Source of the DNA: a virus
Lineage: Duplodnaviria > Heunggongvirae > Uroviricota > Caudoviricetes
DNA length: 50,260 nt
Direction: 5' to 3' (one strand)
IMG/VR virus record: IMGVR_UViG_2728369607_000007
Coordinates: 1-50,260 of that record
Shown piece after piece: positions 40,680-50,260 of this stretch. Position numbers and translations under genes: made by a program. The stretch's first letter is position 1; every line of letters starts with the position of its first letter. The notes below the pieces were generated by a model. That model saw nothing but the letters and a program-made list of their open reading frames with translations, searched no databases and was not told the DNA's origin.

Positions 40680-40702
40680 GCCGGAGCAATCCGGCTTTTT
40701 TT
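40680..40702 (+). terminator. Rho-independent terminator (GCCGGAGCAATCCGGC + T-run); second copy at ~41025-41047
   Basis: Perfect 6-bp stem, 4-nt loop, 7 T. Confidence 0.6.
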
Positions 40703-40797
40703 GCGTCATTTGAAATGGTATGGCGCACTACTGGCTTTTCGTCACGGTCCGGCATAGTTACTATCTGAAACAAACAGACACAACAGAGGAAAAAACA

Positions 40798-41022
40798 ATG
40801 CCGACGAAATTTGATGAGATATTAAAACAGCGTGATAAATACCATGCTGACAACATGGAGACGATGAACATCACTGATTACCGCGCATTCCTGGAAACGG
40901 GGGCGCTGATTGAAAAGGATCATCATGGTTTTGTTCGTTGCGCGCTATCCGGTGAAATGCTGGCGGTAAATCCTGAACAGACAGATGCATTGATAGAATT
41001 TCTGAAAGGGATCAGGGACTGA
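40798..41022 (+). CDS. Hypothetical protein (74 aa)
   Basis: Internal ATG of ORF 40720..41022 with GAGGAAAA RBS; followed by terminator copy. Confidence 0.4.
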   Translation: MPTKFDEILKQRDKYHADNMETMNITDYRAFLETGALIEKDHHGFVRCALSGEMLAVNPEQTDALIEFLKGIRD

Positions 41023-41313
41023 GCACCCATACAGCCGGAGCAATCCGGCTTTTTGTTATTTTTTGTAAATTATTTGTTCGTGGTTGTTCCACGTTGTTCA
41101 CTGAGCGGATCGGCATATTTTACCCGAACTGAATCATGATTATTCTCGCCCGTGGTGCCAGGACGCTGGGGCCACTTTCCCGCCTGTTAATGTGCTCGCC
41201 AATATTCATTACCAGGCGGGAAAACGATCGGTGCGATTGCTGATTCCCTTATGAAAAACGGTTGAGTTTTTGCCGCGTCCTGGAGTTCCTTACTTAACCC
41301 CAGGACTTTTTTT

Positions 41314-42471
41314 ATGCCGAGAATAATCGAATTACGCCAGCAGAAAACCGCCATTAAAAATCAGATGCGCGACATGCTGGAGAACGCGGAAAAAGAAAAC
41401 CGCAGTCTTAACGATGCTGAGGGCGCAAAATTTGACGAATTACGCGCTAAAGCTGAATCCCTCGATAAAGACATTTCCCGCCTTGAAGCCATTGCAGACG
41501 AAGAGCGCAGCAAGCCAGGTAAAAGCAGCCAGACCACTGACCCCGCAGAACTACGCAGCTACATTCTGACAGGTGAAACCCGCGCATTAAGTACAGGCGT
41601 TCCCGCTGATGGTGGTTATACCGTTATCCCCGAACTGAACACCGAAATCATGCGAATGCTGGCGGATGAGTCCACCATGCGCCGCATCTGTACCGTGAAA
41701 AAAATCAGCAGCAACGAGTTTAAGCAGCTTGTTTCCGCTGGCGGTGCGACCGTTAACCACGGTGAAGAGGGTAAGGCACGCGAACAGACCAGCACCCCGC
41801 AGATTAACGAGGTGAGCATTAAGCTGTATCCGGTCTATGCGTACCCGCGCACCACACAGGAAATCGTGGATTTTTCCGATGTGGACATCCTTTCATGGCT
41901 GACGGGTGAGATTGGCGACACCTTCACGGAAACCGAAGAAAGCGATCTGGTTGTGGGCGACGGTGACAAAAAAGCAAAAGGTTTTTTATCCGTACCCCGT
42001 GCAGAGAAGAACGACAAAGAGCGTGATTTTGGTACGTTGCAGGTAATTAAACCTTCCGAATCTCTGGCGTGGACATCTGCGGACCCGCTGATCGACCTGA
42101 AATTTGCATTACGTAAAAAATACCGCAAAAACGCGGTCTGGGTGGTTAACTCCACGACGGCGGCAAAACTCCAGAAGGTGAAGAACGCGAACGGTGATTA
42201 CATCTGGCGTGACCGTTTACAGGCGGGTGATCCTGATACGTTGCTGGGCCTTCCGGTCGAATATCTGGAGTTTATGCCTGATAACGTTATTGCCCTGGGT
42301 GACTTCAAACGCGGTTACTACATTGTTGATCACGAAACAGGTGTTCGCACCAGACCGGACAACCTCACAGAGCCGGGCTTCATCAAAATTTTCACGCAGA
42401 AATATTTAGGCGGTGGCGTGGTGGATTCGAACGCGATCAAGATTCTGGAACTGCCACAGGACGACGATTAA
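41314..42471 (+). CDS. Major capsid protein, HK97 fold/family
   Basis: 385 aa with N-terminal coiled-coil delta-like region and HK97-type capsid core; followed by protease and portal. Confidence 0.8.
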   Translation: MPRIIELRQQKTAIKNQMRDMLENAEKENRSLNDAEGAKFDELRAKAESLDKDISRLEAIADEERSKPGKSSQTTDPAELRSYILTGETRALSTGVPADGGYTVIPELNTEIMRMLADESTMRRICTVKKISSNEFKQLVSAGGATVNHGEEGKAREQTSTPQINEVSIKLYPVYAYPRTTQEIVDFSDVDILSWLTGEIGDTFTETEESDLVVGDGDKKAKGFLSVPRAEKNDKERDFGTLQVIKPSESLAWTSADPLIDLKFALRKKYRKNAVWVVNSTTAAKLQKVKNANGDYIWRDRLQAGDPDTLLGLPVEYLEFMPDNVIALGDFKRGYYIVDHETGVRTRPDNLTEPGFIKIFTQKYLGGGVVDSNAIKILELPQDDD

Positions 42472-42510
42472 CAGCATACAGAAGGGGCTTAAAAGCCCCT
42501 TTAGTGTTTT

Positions 42511-43083
42511 ATGGGTGAAAAAATTATGAAGAGTATGGAAATCCGGTCATCGGAAATCACCACCAGCGGCAGCAACACGCTTACAGGCTACGTTGTTCGC
42601 TGGGATAAGCTTTCAGAACTGTTATGGGGTGAGTTTTACGAAAAATTCCAGCGGGGGGCGTTTACTGAATGGCTTGCGGCGGGTAATGACGTTCGCGGCC
42701 TGTATGAGCATGACCACAGTATGTTACTGGGGCGCACCCGTTCCGGCACGCTGAAACTGGAAGAGGATGAAACAGGGTTACGCTTTGAACTGACCCCACC
42801 GGATACCAGTACAGGGCGCGACGTTATCGAACTGGTTAAACGTGGTGATATATCCGGCATGAGCTTTGGCTTTCGCTCCCGTAAGGATGTATGGGATACC
42901 ACAACAGATCCATGCGTGCGCACCGTGCTGGTGGCGGAACTGTACGAAATTACCGTTACATCGGTACCGGCTTACCCCGATTCCGGCGTGGAGCTGGCCC
43001 GCCGTTCCCTGTATGAGCAGCACCCCGAAAAAATGCCGCGTGCGGATAATCGCCGCTGGTGGGTGGATTTAGCGGGGGTGTGA
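42511..43083 (+). CDS. Prohead maturation protease (HK97 family)
   Basis: HK97 gp4-like pattern (…LYEHD.S.LLGRT…G.D….G.ISGMSFGF…); alternative starts at 42526 or 42535. Confidence 0.75.
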   Translation: MGEKIMKSMEIRSSEITTSGSNTLTGYVVRWDKLSELLWGEFYEKFQRGAFTEWLAAGNDVRGLYEHDHSMLLGRTRSGTLKLEEDETGLRFELTPPDTSTGRDVIELVKRGDISGMSFGFRSRKDVWDTTTDPCVRTVLVAELYEITVTSVPAYPDSGVELARRSLYEQHPEKMPRADNRRWWVDLAGV

Positions 43084-43084
43084 T

Positions 43085-44296
43085 ATGTGGCCTTTCAGAA
43101 GAAAAAAAGAGCAGCGCAGCATGACGCTTGATGAATTTATGGCGCTGGCTGGCACATCGAACACGGGGGCGGGTGAATACGTATCATCGGGGACAGCGGA
43201 ATCACTGCCTGCCGTCATGAACGCCGTTACGGTCATCTCTGAGGCGGTGGCTACTATGCCATGCTACCTGTACCTGGTACGCAATGAGAAGGGGAAGGAG
43301 GCCCGCGAGTGGCTTGATTCTCATCCGGTCGATCACATCCTCAACGAGCGCCCGAACGCATGGCAAACCCCCTACCAGTTTAAGCGAATGATGATCCGCC
43401 ACTGCCTGTTAAACGGTAATGCTTATGCGGTTATTCAGTGGGGGCGTGATGGTTTTCCGGCGGCTTTACATCCTTACCCGCCGCAGTCGGTGAACGTGGA
43501 GCAGACAGGCGAACACAACTGGCGCTATTGCATCACTGACGCCTACACCGGAAACACCCACAACTATTTACCGTGGGAAGTACTTCACCTTCGTTACTCC
43601 ACGGATGACGGCTTTATGGGGCGCTCACCTGTAACCATCTGCCGCGAATCGCTGGGGCTTGGGCTGGCCCAACAACGCCACGGCGCGAGCGTGATGCGTG
43701 ATGGCATGATGGCGGCAGGGGTTATCACGTCAGGCGAATGGCTGGACGGCGTGAAGGGCAAACAGGCATTAGCCGCACTGGAACGCTACAAAGGGGCCAG
43801 AAACGCCGGAAAAACGCCCATCCTTGAAGGGGGGATGAGCTATCAGCAGCTGGGCATGAGTAATCAGGATGCTGAATGGCTGGCCTCCCGTCGCTTTACC
43901 ATTGAAGACATCGCCCGAATGTTCAACGTCTCGCCGATTTTTTTGCAGGAATACAGCAACAGCACCTACAGCAATTTCAGCGAGGCAAGCCGCGCATTTC
44001 TCACCATGACGATGCGCCCGTGGCTGGCGAACTTTGAGCAGCAGATAAAAAACGCCCTGCTGGTGGCCTCGCCTGTACCTGGTATCCGGTATCAGGTGGA
44101 GTTTGACAGCGCGGACCTGTTACGGGCCACACCTGGCGAACGCTTTGCCACCTATGAGCGCGGCATCAAATCCGGCGTTATGTGCCCGAACGAAGCCCGC
44201 GAACGTGAAGGACTGTCACCGCGTGATGGTGGTGATGAGTTCAGTCAGGCATGGAAACAGGAAGTAAAAATCAGCGAGGGAGAAAAACCGGAATGA
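43085..44296 (+). CDS. Portal protein (HK97 family)
   Basis: 403 aa, HK97-type portal pattern; gene order. Confidence 0.8.
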   Translation: MWPFRRKKEQRSMTLDEFMALAGTSNTGAGEYVSSGTAESLPAVMNAVTVISEAVATMPCYLYLVRNEKGKEAREWLDSHPVDHILNERPNAWQTPYQFKRMMIRHCLLNGNAYAVIQWGRDGFPAALHPYPPQSVNVEQTGEHNWRYCITDAYTGNTHNYLPWEVLHLRYSTDDGFMGRSPVTICRESLGLGLAQQRHGASVMRDGMMAAGVITSGEWLDGVKGKQALAALERYKGARNAGKTPILEGGMSYQQLGMSNQDAEWLASRRFTIEDIARMFNVSPIFLQEYSNSTYSNFSEASRAFLTMTMRPWLANFEQQIKNALLVASPVPGIRYQVEFDSADLLRATPGERFATYERGIKSGVMCPNEAREREGLSPRDGGDEFSQAWKQEVKISEGEKPE

Positions 44297-44631
44297 ACAT
44301 AGGGCGACTGCGTGACAGGATAACGATTCAGACCCTGAAACAGACCAGAGCCATGACGGGCGAAATACTCGAAACGTGGGAGGACGGTCACACACTCTGG
44401 GCAAGCGTGAACATGATCAGCAGCAAGGAGGCCATTTCATCGGGCGCAGAGCTGGCGATTGGTACCGTAAGGATCTGGATACGGTACCGGAAGGACATCA
44501 ACGCCACCAGCCGGATAAAGGTCAGTACGGGGCCGCTGGCGGGGCGTGTACTGAATATCATCGGGCAGCCGTTGCCGGATGTCGCCAGGACACGCCTTGA
44601 AATTCTTTGTCGTGAGGGCGCGGAAAAATGA
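44293..44631 (+). CDS. Head-tail adaptor/head closure protein
   Basis: ~112 aa; conserved RDRITIQ … IRYR pattern; start overlaps portal stop. Confidence 0.6.
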   Translation: MNIGRLRDRITIQTLKQTRAMTGEILETWEDGHTLWASVNMISSKEAISSGAELAIGTVRIWIRYRKDINATSRIKVSTGPLAGRVLNIIGQPLPDVARTRLEILCREGAEK

Positions 44632-44924
44632 CAGAAGAACTTATCACCCTGGAAGAAGTGAAACTCCATTGCCGTATCGATGGAGACGAGGAAGACCAGT
44701 TAATCAGCGGATACATTGCCGCATCGCTTGAGGCGTGCCAGATACACATAGGCAGGCGCTTTGATGACGGGCTGGAGTTCACGCCAGCCATAAAGATTGG
44801 CTGCATGATGTTTATCGCTCACCTGTATGAGAATCGCCAGATTGTCGCGGATAACGCAAAAACACGCGTACCCATGACGATTGGCGCACTCTGGACGGCT
44901 TACCGTGATGTGGGGGTGTACTGA
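44628..44924 (+). CDS. Head-tail connector protein (gp6-like)
   Basis: 98 aa; position and N-terminal pattern of gp6-like connectors. Confidence 0.55.
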   Translation: MTEELITLEEVKLHCRIDGDEEDQLISGYIAASLEACQIHIGRRFDDGLEFTPAIKIGCMMFIAHLYENRQIVADNAKTRVPMTIGALWTAYRDVGVY

Positions 44925-45364
44925 TGCCGTGGCAACCATTAAGACGATGCACAGAACCAGGCTGTAACAGGCGCGTTAAATCCGGCAAGTGTGAGGAGCA
45001 CAGGCGGGCAGCATGGCGTGCAGAGGATGCCAGACGAGGACACCGCCGCGCGCGTGGATATTCCAGACAGTGGGACAAATACCGCGCCATGTATCTGAGT
45101 AAAAACCCGTTATGCGTGCGATGCCTTGAGAAGGGGATATATACGCCCGCCGTGGTGGTGGATCACATTATCCCGATTAATGGCGGTGATGATGTTCTCT
45201 TCTGGCCCGAATGGAACCATCAACCATTGTGCCAGGCGTGTCATAACCAGAAAACGAAATGGCTTGATCCGGCAACAAAAAGCAAGCGTGCCGCAGGTGG
45301 ATTTCGTGAAGAGGAAGAACGGGCCGCTAACCGCAATAACTGGATGTATGACGCTGATGAATGA
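44924..45364 (+). CDS. HNH endonuclease (terminase-associated)
   Basis: Cys-rich zinc-finger and HNH motif (…VDHIIPINGG…WN.QPLCQACHN.K); immediately upstream of terminase genes. Confidence 0.8.
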   Translation: MPWQPLRRCTEPGCNRRVKSGKCEEHRRAAWRAEDARRGHRRARGYSRQWDKYRAMYLSKNPLCVRCLEKGIYTPAVVVDHIIPINGGDDVLFWPEWNHQPLCQACHNQKTKWLDPATKSKRAAGGFREEEERAANRNNWMYDADE

Positions 45365-45653
45365 GCGGGAACAAAACCGCCTTATCCGTGGACTTATAAG
45401 GCAGCGTGACGCATGGAAGACACAGGAAACAGGGCATAAAGATAAAGCGTCAGGACGCGCAGAACGCATCACAGCGAAGCGATTAACCGACCGTGACCGC
45501 GAGGTTATGGAATGTTTCCGCAATCGCTGATGAGGCTGTATGACGGGGTGGGGGGCGTTTTCAGGACAAACCCGACCCCGCCGGGCACCGAACGCCTCCT
45601 CAAATTTTTATGCACGGGAATTTTTTGAAAAATAATCTGGCGAAAAAATAAGC

Positions 45654-46010
45654 ATGTCAAGACCACCGAAAGCCCCCGCCTACCTGGATGATATCGCCGT
45701 GAAGCAGTGGCGGGAAAAATCTAGGCAGCTTGCGGAACGGGGAGACCTGACCCCCGCCGACTGGAGCAATCTGGAACTGTATTGTGTCAACTACTCCATT
45801 TACCGGAAAGCCGTTGCAGACCTTGCGGCGCGCGGGTTCAGCATTGTTAACAGTCAGGGCGGTGAGAGCAGAAACCCCGCATTAAGCGCAAAATCCGACG
45901 CTGAAAGAGTGATGATAAAAATGGCCTCTTTGCTCGGTTTTGACCCGATAAGCCGCCGTAAAAATCCACCGGAAACAGAAGAAGAGGACGAGCTTGACCG
46001 CCTGGAATAA
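45654..46010 (+). CDS. Terminase small subunit (P27 family)
   Basis: 118 aa, P27-type TerS pattern; overlaps TerL start. Confidence 0.7.
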   Translation: MSRPPKAPAYLDDIAVKQWREKSRQLAERGDLTPADWSNLELYCVNYSIYRKAVADLAARGFSIVNSQGGESRNPALSAKSDAERVMIKMASLLGFDPISRRKNPPETEEEDELDRLE

Positions 46011-47655
46011 GTACGCAGAAGACGTAAAAACGGGCAAAATTCCGGCCTGTAAACGGCTGAAACAGGCCGTTAAACGGTACTTTTCGGACCTTGAAAGCCC
46101 CCTTTACACGTTCGATCGTGAGGTTGTGGAGCGGTTTATTGCCTTTTCCAGGGTGTGCCCGCACGTAAAAGGGCCGATGCGTGGCAGATCCATTGAGCTG
46201 GAGCCGTGGCAGCAGTTCGCCTTTGCGTGCATCCTCGGCTTTAAGGTTAAGGCCACCGGACGGCGCAAATACACGAGCGCCTTTATCGAAGTGCCGCGCA
46301 AAAATGCGAAATCCACGACCGCCGCGATTCTGGCTAACTGGTTTCTGATTATGGAGAACGGGCAGCAGGATATTTACACCGCAGCGGTGAGCCGTGACCA
46401 GGCGCGGATCGTTTTTGATGATGCGCGTCAGATGTGCCTTTTATCCCGACCGTTACGCAGGCGGGTGAATATTCAGGCCCACAAGGTGATGCACCCGAAA
46501 AGCAACAGCCTGTTAAAGCCGCTGGCAGCAAAAGCGGCAACCATCGAGGGCACAAACCCAAGCCTTTCCATCGTGGACGAATACCACCTACACCCCGATA
46601 ACGGCGTTTATTCCGCGCTTGAGCTGGGGATGGGCGCACGTCCCGAAGGGCTGTTATTTGCCATTACCACATCGGGCAGTAACGTCGTTTCAGCCTGTAA
46701 GCAGCACTATGATTATTGCTGCCAGATCCTGGACGGCGAAGAGGTCAACGATTCAATTTTTGTGCTGATTTACGAGCTGGACGACGAAAACGAGGTTGAT
46801 GATCCGGCGATGTGGATAAAGGCTAACCCTAACATCGATGTTTCCGTGGATCGTGAAAAACTGGCCTCAACCATCCAGAAAGCGCGGGGTATTCCGTCGC
46901 AATGGGTGGAGATGATGACAAAGCGATTTAATATCTGGTGCCAGGGGGCTACCCCGTGGATGGGTAACGGCGCATGGGCTGAGTGTGCCGGAACGTTCAC
47001 GGAGGAAGATTTACACGGGCAGGAGTGTTACGCGGGGCTGGACTTATCATCAACCAGCGATATTTCCAGCGTGTGCTATGCCTTTCCGGTCGGTAAAAAT
47101 ATCATGCTGGTTTCCCGTCATTATCTGCCGGAGTTCCAGCTACAGAACCCCGCCAATAAAAACCGCGCTGTCTATCGCCAGTGGGCTAAAGCGGGCTGGA
47201 TACGCACAACGCCAGGTGACTGCATTGATTACGACCGGATCAGAGATGACATCATGCAGGATGCGGAGAAATTTAATATCAGGCTGGTGGGCTTTGATAC
47301 GTGGAACGCCACGCATCTCAGGACGCAATTACAGGGGGCTGGTTTTGAGGTGGAGCCGTTCCCGCAAACCTACCTCAGATTCAGTCCGGCGGCGAAATCG
47401 TTCGAAGTTTTTGTTAACCGCAGGGTGATTGTGCATCGTGGCGATCCGGTGTTGTCCTGGTCGATGAGTAACGTCGTGATGCAGAGTGACGCGAACGCCA
47501 ATATCAAGCCGAACAAGAAAAAATCACCGAACAAGATAGACCCGAGCGTAGCGGCGCTGATGGCGTTTGGTACATTCCAGGCAGAGCATGAGGATTTTGC
47601 TTTTGATATAAGCGACAGCCACCGCCAGAAACTGGAAGAATTTAGCGGGGTGTAA
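45994..47655 (+). CDS. Terminase large subunit
   Basis: 553 aa, ATPase and nuclease regions; start is TTG in the ORF track (true start uncertain). Confidence 0.85.
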   Translation: MTAWNKYAEDVKTGKIPACKRLKQAVKRYFSDLESPLYTFDREVVERFIAFSRVCPHVKGPMRGRSIELEPWQQFAFACILGFKVKATGRRKYTSAFIEVPRKNAKSTTAAILANWFLIMENGQQDIYTAAVSRDQARIVFDDARQMCLLSRPLRRRVNIQAHKVMHPKSNSLLKPLAAKAATIEGTNPSLSIVDEYHLHPDNGVYSALELGMGARPEGLLFAITTSGSNVVSACKQHYDYCCQILDGEEVNDSIFVLIYELDDENEVDDPAMWIKANPNIDVSVDREKLASTIQKARGIPSQWVEMMTKRFNIWCQGATPWMGNGAWAECAGTFTEEDLHGQECYAGLDLSSTSDISSVCYAFPVGKNIMLVSRHYLPEFQLQNPANKNRAVYRQWAKAGWIRTTPGDCIDYDRIRDDIMQDAEKFNIRLVGFDTWNATHLRTQLQGAGFEVEPFPQTYLRFSPAAKSFEVFVNRRVIVHRGDPVLSWSMSNVVMQSDANANIKPNKKKSPNKIDPSVAALMAFGTFQAEHEDFAFDISDSHRQKLEEFSGV

Positions 47656-47668
47656 TGAGGTCAGCAGC

Positions 47669-47950
47669 ATGACAGAAGCCGAAATACTGCGATTAATCCG
47701 CCGCGTCTCTGGAATCAGCCAGCAGGCTGACGAACAGACCACGCAGCCGGACAGCGTGACAGCCGAAAATTATGCGCGTGTTGTTGCTGAGGTGATGCGC
47801 CGTGATGGTATCCAGCTTAATGATGCGGATATGCGCGACATACGGATCCGCGTTCTGGAAATGCTGGCCTACAATCGCCGCGTTGAACTGTATCGGGAGA
47901 AGGAGAAAATCACGTACCACTGGAAGAAGCCGGAGCGGTTACGGCGGTAA
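47669..47950 (+). CDS. Hypothetical protein (93 aa)
   Basis: ORF-track ATG directly after TerL. Confidence 0.4.
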   Translation: MTEAEILRLIRRVSGISQQADEQTTQPDSVTAENYARVVAEVMRRDGIQLNDADMRDIRIRVLEMLAYNRRVELYREKEKITYHWKKPERLRR

Positions 47951-48334
47951 CTTGTTGATTAAAAGGCGGCTCAATTCTGAGCTGGGTAGCTGACGGCGGT
48001 AACTGTTTGATATTCCCGATAACGCAAAATTGCGCTGGCTACATCCCTCACATCTGAGGACTGTTAACCAGCAGGCCGGAATATATTCACAAACTACGAA
48101 ATTTTCGTAGTTTAATTACTCGCCAGTTTATCGTTAACTAGTTGATATTTTCGGAAACCTCAATTTGAGGAAGTCGGCGCGGTAACTGTTTTATATTCCC
48201 GATAGCGCAAAAATGCGCGGTCGGGCAGAATGAGCACCACCTCAATCGTGACGGAGAGTGACAACCAGTGACACACCGTGACAAAAAGACGGTTTAACCG
48301 TTCATTAAAAATCGACGTGATTTTGTGCTTTCCG

Positions 48335-48362
48335 GATGACGTGGCCAACGTCATTTTTTAGC
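48335..48362 (+). terminator. Hairpin GATGACGT-ggcca-ACGTCAT followed by T-run
   Basis: Seen directly. Confidence 0.5.
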
Positions 48363-48693
48363 GAAAAATTCTGATTAAGGTCACTGGCTGAATGGTCATA
48401 ATGACCACGCAGACCATCGAGGCAACCATAGCGATCATCGTTACGGTTGGAGCTTTTCCGCCATTGGTGGAAAAGGTGCACATCTGGATCATCATTACGG
48501 TGATCAAGGGTATGTAAAACCCACCAGCCTGATTAAAGGTTAACCGGAAAAAAAATCCGGTAGCCCCGTTATGGGGATCCCCATATCGACATTAACGCCC
48601 CTCATGAATTGGTGCGCTTCCCCCTGGAAAGATTACCCGCCTGTATATTTCTTGTGTCTATTTGTTCCACGTTGTTTCATACAGTGCACCGAA

Positions 48694-48714
48694 CGGTGTA
48701 GTTAATGGTGTAGT
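48694..48714 (+). repeat. attR core direct repeat CGGTGTAGTTAATGGTGTAGT
   Basis: Identical to 32653-32673. Confidence 0.7.
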
Positions 48715-48799
48715 CAATTTGCGATTTTTGGCACTTTTTCAATGATAATTGTTTAATTAAATCAATGGCTTGACCTGGTGTAGTGATAAAAGGACATAT

Positions 48800-50260
48800 T
48801 TATTCATCTTTCGGCGCAGAATGCTGGCGACCAAAAATCACCTCCATCCGCGCACCGCCCAGCATGCTCTCTCCGGCGACGATTTTACCCTCATATTGCT
48901 CGGTGATTTCGCGGGCTACCGCCAGCCCTACACCTTGCCCAGGGCGTAAAGTATCAACCCGTTGACCACGGTCGAAAATGACCTCTCGCTTGCTTAATGG
49001 AATACCGGGGCCATCATCCTCGACCACAATATAGAGATGCTCGTCGGTTTGCCTTGCAGAAATTTCGACAAACTCGAGGCAATATTTACAGGCATTATCC
49101 AGCACGTTGCCCATCACCTCGACAAAATCGTTCTGCTCACCGACAAAGCTGATCTCTGGCGAAATATCGAGAGAGATATTGACCCCTTTGCGTTGATACA
49201 CTTTGTTCAGCGCTGAGGTGAGATTGTCCAGCAGTGGGGCGACCGGATGCAGCTCGCGGCTGAGCAATGTCCCGCCGCGCATACTGGCACGATGCAGGTA
49301 GTAGCCAATTTGCTGTGAAATGCGGCTGATTTGCTCCAGCATTACCGGCTCAGCATCACTGACGCTCATCTTTTCACTACGCAGAGAACGCAGCGTACTT
49401 TGCAGCACCGCCAGTGGCGTTTTCAGACTATGGGTCAGGTCGGTGAGCGTCGTACGGTATTTGTCGTAACGTTCGCGTTCACTTTTTAACAATCGGTTCA
49501 GGTTTCGTACCAGACTGGTCAGTTCTCGCGTTGTGGCTGGATTGAGCAATTCGCGGTTATGTTCTTCCAGTTCGCGGACTTCTTTTGCCAGGGCTTCGAT
49601 GGGGCGTAAACTCCACCAGGCGGCGACCCACAGCAGCGGGATCACTAACAGCAGATTGGCTGAGAGCACATAGATAAACCAGCTCCAGACCATATAGGAA
49701 CTTTTTAGCTCCACCGGAATGGTATCCACCACCACAATGGTTAATTTTGGCATCCGCGATGTTGCCGGGTAGACGTTTACTGCCACCGAGTGGGTCATCT
49801 CCGCGTCGTCATCATCTTCCCGCACTTCCTGCAACTGTTGCTGTATCGAATGATCTCCACTCAGCAAGAGGCTGGTATCGTTAACATCCGCTTCAATTTC
49901 ATGAAAACCATTCGATTTCAGCCAGTCAGGCTGGATCATCTTCATCAGCCAGGGCACGTCACGTTGCGCCCATAAAAGCTGCCCGTTCTCATCATAAATT
50001 AGCGTCATGGTGGGGCTTTGCTTGTCGATATTTTCGGGTAACTCGACATGCAACTTATTGTTTTCCCACTTCGCAAGGGTATAGAACAGATTGCTCTCGC
50101 CACGTAACAGCCGAAACGTAGTTTTATCGAAACTGACGCTATAACCGATCAGCGCGACCATTCCGTAGGCAAGCGAAAGCACCAGTACTACCGCAGCCGT
50201 TGCCAACAGAAAACGTACCCGCAGTGAGAGCGGGAAAAAAAGACGCAGTAATTTTTTCAT
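48800..50260 (-). CDS. phoQ: Sensor histidine kinase PhoQ
   Basis: Full-length match to E. coli PhoQ (486 aa), H-box and ATP-binding motifs; start codon at window edge. Confidence 0.95.
   Translation of the reverse strand: MKKLLRLFFPLSLRVRFLLATAAVVLVLSLAYGMVALIGYSVSFDKTTFRLLRGESNLFYTLAKWENNKLHVELPENIDKQSPTMTLIYDENGQLLWAQRDVPWLMKMIQPDWLKSNGFHEIEADVNDTSLLLSGDHSIQQQLQEVREDDDDAEMTHSVAVNVYPATSRMPKLTIVVVDTIPVELKSSYMVWSWFIYVLSANLLLVIPLLWVAAWWSLRPIEALAKEVRELEEHNRELLNPATTRELTSLVRNLNRLLKSERERYDKYRTTLTDLTHSLKTPLAVLQSTLRSLRSEKMSVSDAEPVMLEQISRISQQIGYYLHRASMRGGTLLSRELHPVAPLLDNLTSALNKVYQRKGVNISLDISPEISFVGEQNDFVEVMGNVLDNACKYCLEFVEISARQTDEHLYIVVEDDGPGIPLSKREVIFDRGQRVDTLRPGQGVGLAVAREITEQYEGKIVAGESMLGGARMEVIFGRQHSAPKDE

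Larger units (their letters stand above)
32653..48714 (+). mobile_element. ~16 kb integrated phage-satellite-like island (integrase, AlpA, replication module, HK97-type capsid and packaging genes, no tail or lysis genes) inserted between roxA and phoQ
   Basis: Flanking 21-bp direct repeats; tyrosine integrase at left end; gene content; roxA and phoQ are adjacent in E. coli K-12 (recalled). Confidence 0.8.

Noticed and set aside
48360-48500. Minus-strand ~45-aa hydrophobic ORF (MMIQMCTFSTNGG…)
   Set aside because: No recognisable RBS and lies within repeat-rich non-coding DNA near attR; could be real but unsupported.
1-50260. tRNA, rRNA or tmRNA genes (expected near a P4-like integrase)
   Set aside because: No cloverleaf-compatible T-loop/acceptor patterns seen by eye near either island end or elsewhere; the island appears to use an intergenic att site. 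A tRNAscan run would be decisive.

Overview
This window reads as an Escherichia coli chromosome segment (EHEC-like, by inference) with four blocks. (1) 1-27.7 kb is the right arm of a lambdoid prophage: a 5-prime-truncated esterase, a lysis cassette (holin, SAR endolysin, Rz/Rz1) interrupted by unknown cargo, terminase, portal, a protease-capsid fusion, and lambda-like tail genes Z-U-V-G/T-H-M-L-K-I-J, then a Hok-family toxin, a collagen-like side tail fibre, Tfa and a YkgJ-like gene, ending next to potB. (2) 27.7-32.5 kb is chromosomal potB-potA, pepT and roxA(ycfD). (3) 32.65-48.71 kb is a ~16 kb integrated satellite-like island flanked by 21-bp direct repeats, carrying a tyrosine integrase, AlpA, a RepA-like ATPase with an adjacent iteron array, SSB, a PerC-like regulator and a complete HK97-type head and packaging module, but no tail or lysis genes. 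(4) 48.8-50.26 kb is phoQ. No tRNA, rRNA or CRISPR array was seen. The most interesting unexplained material is the two-gene cargo between holin and endolysin, a four-unit ~220-bp tandem array between tail genes I and J, and the duplicated hairpin/Icd-like module plus exactly phased GTGNA arrays in the island. All protein calls rest on recalled family similarity and gene order, not on database searches.
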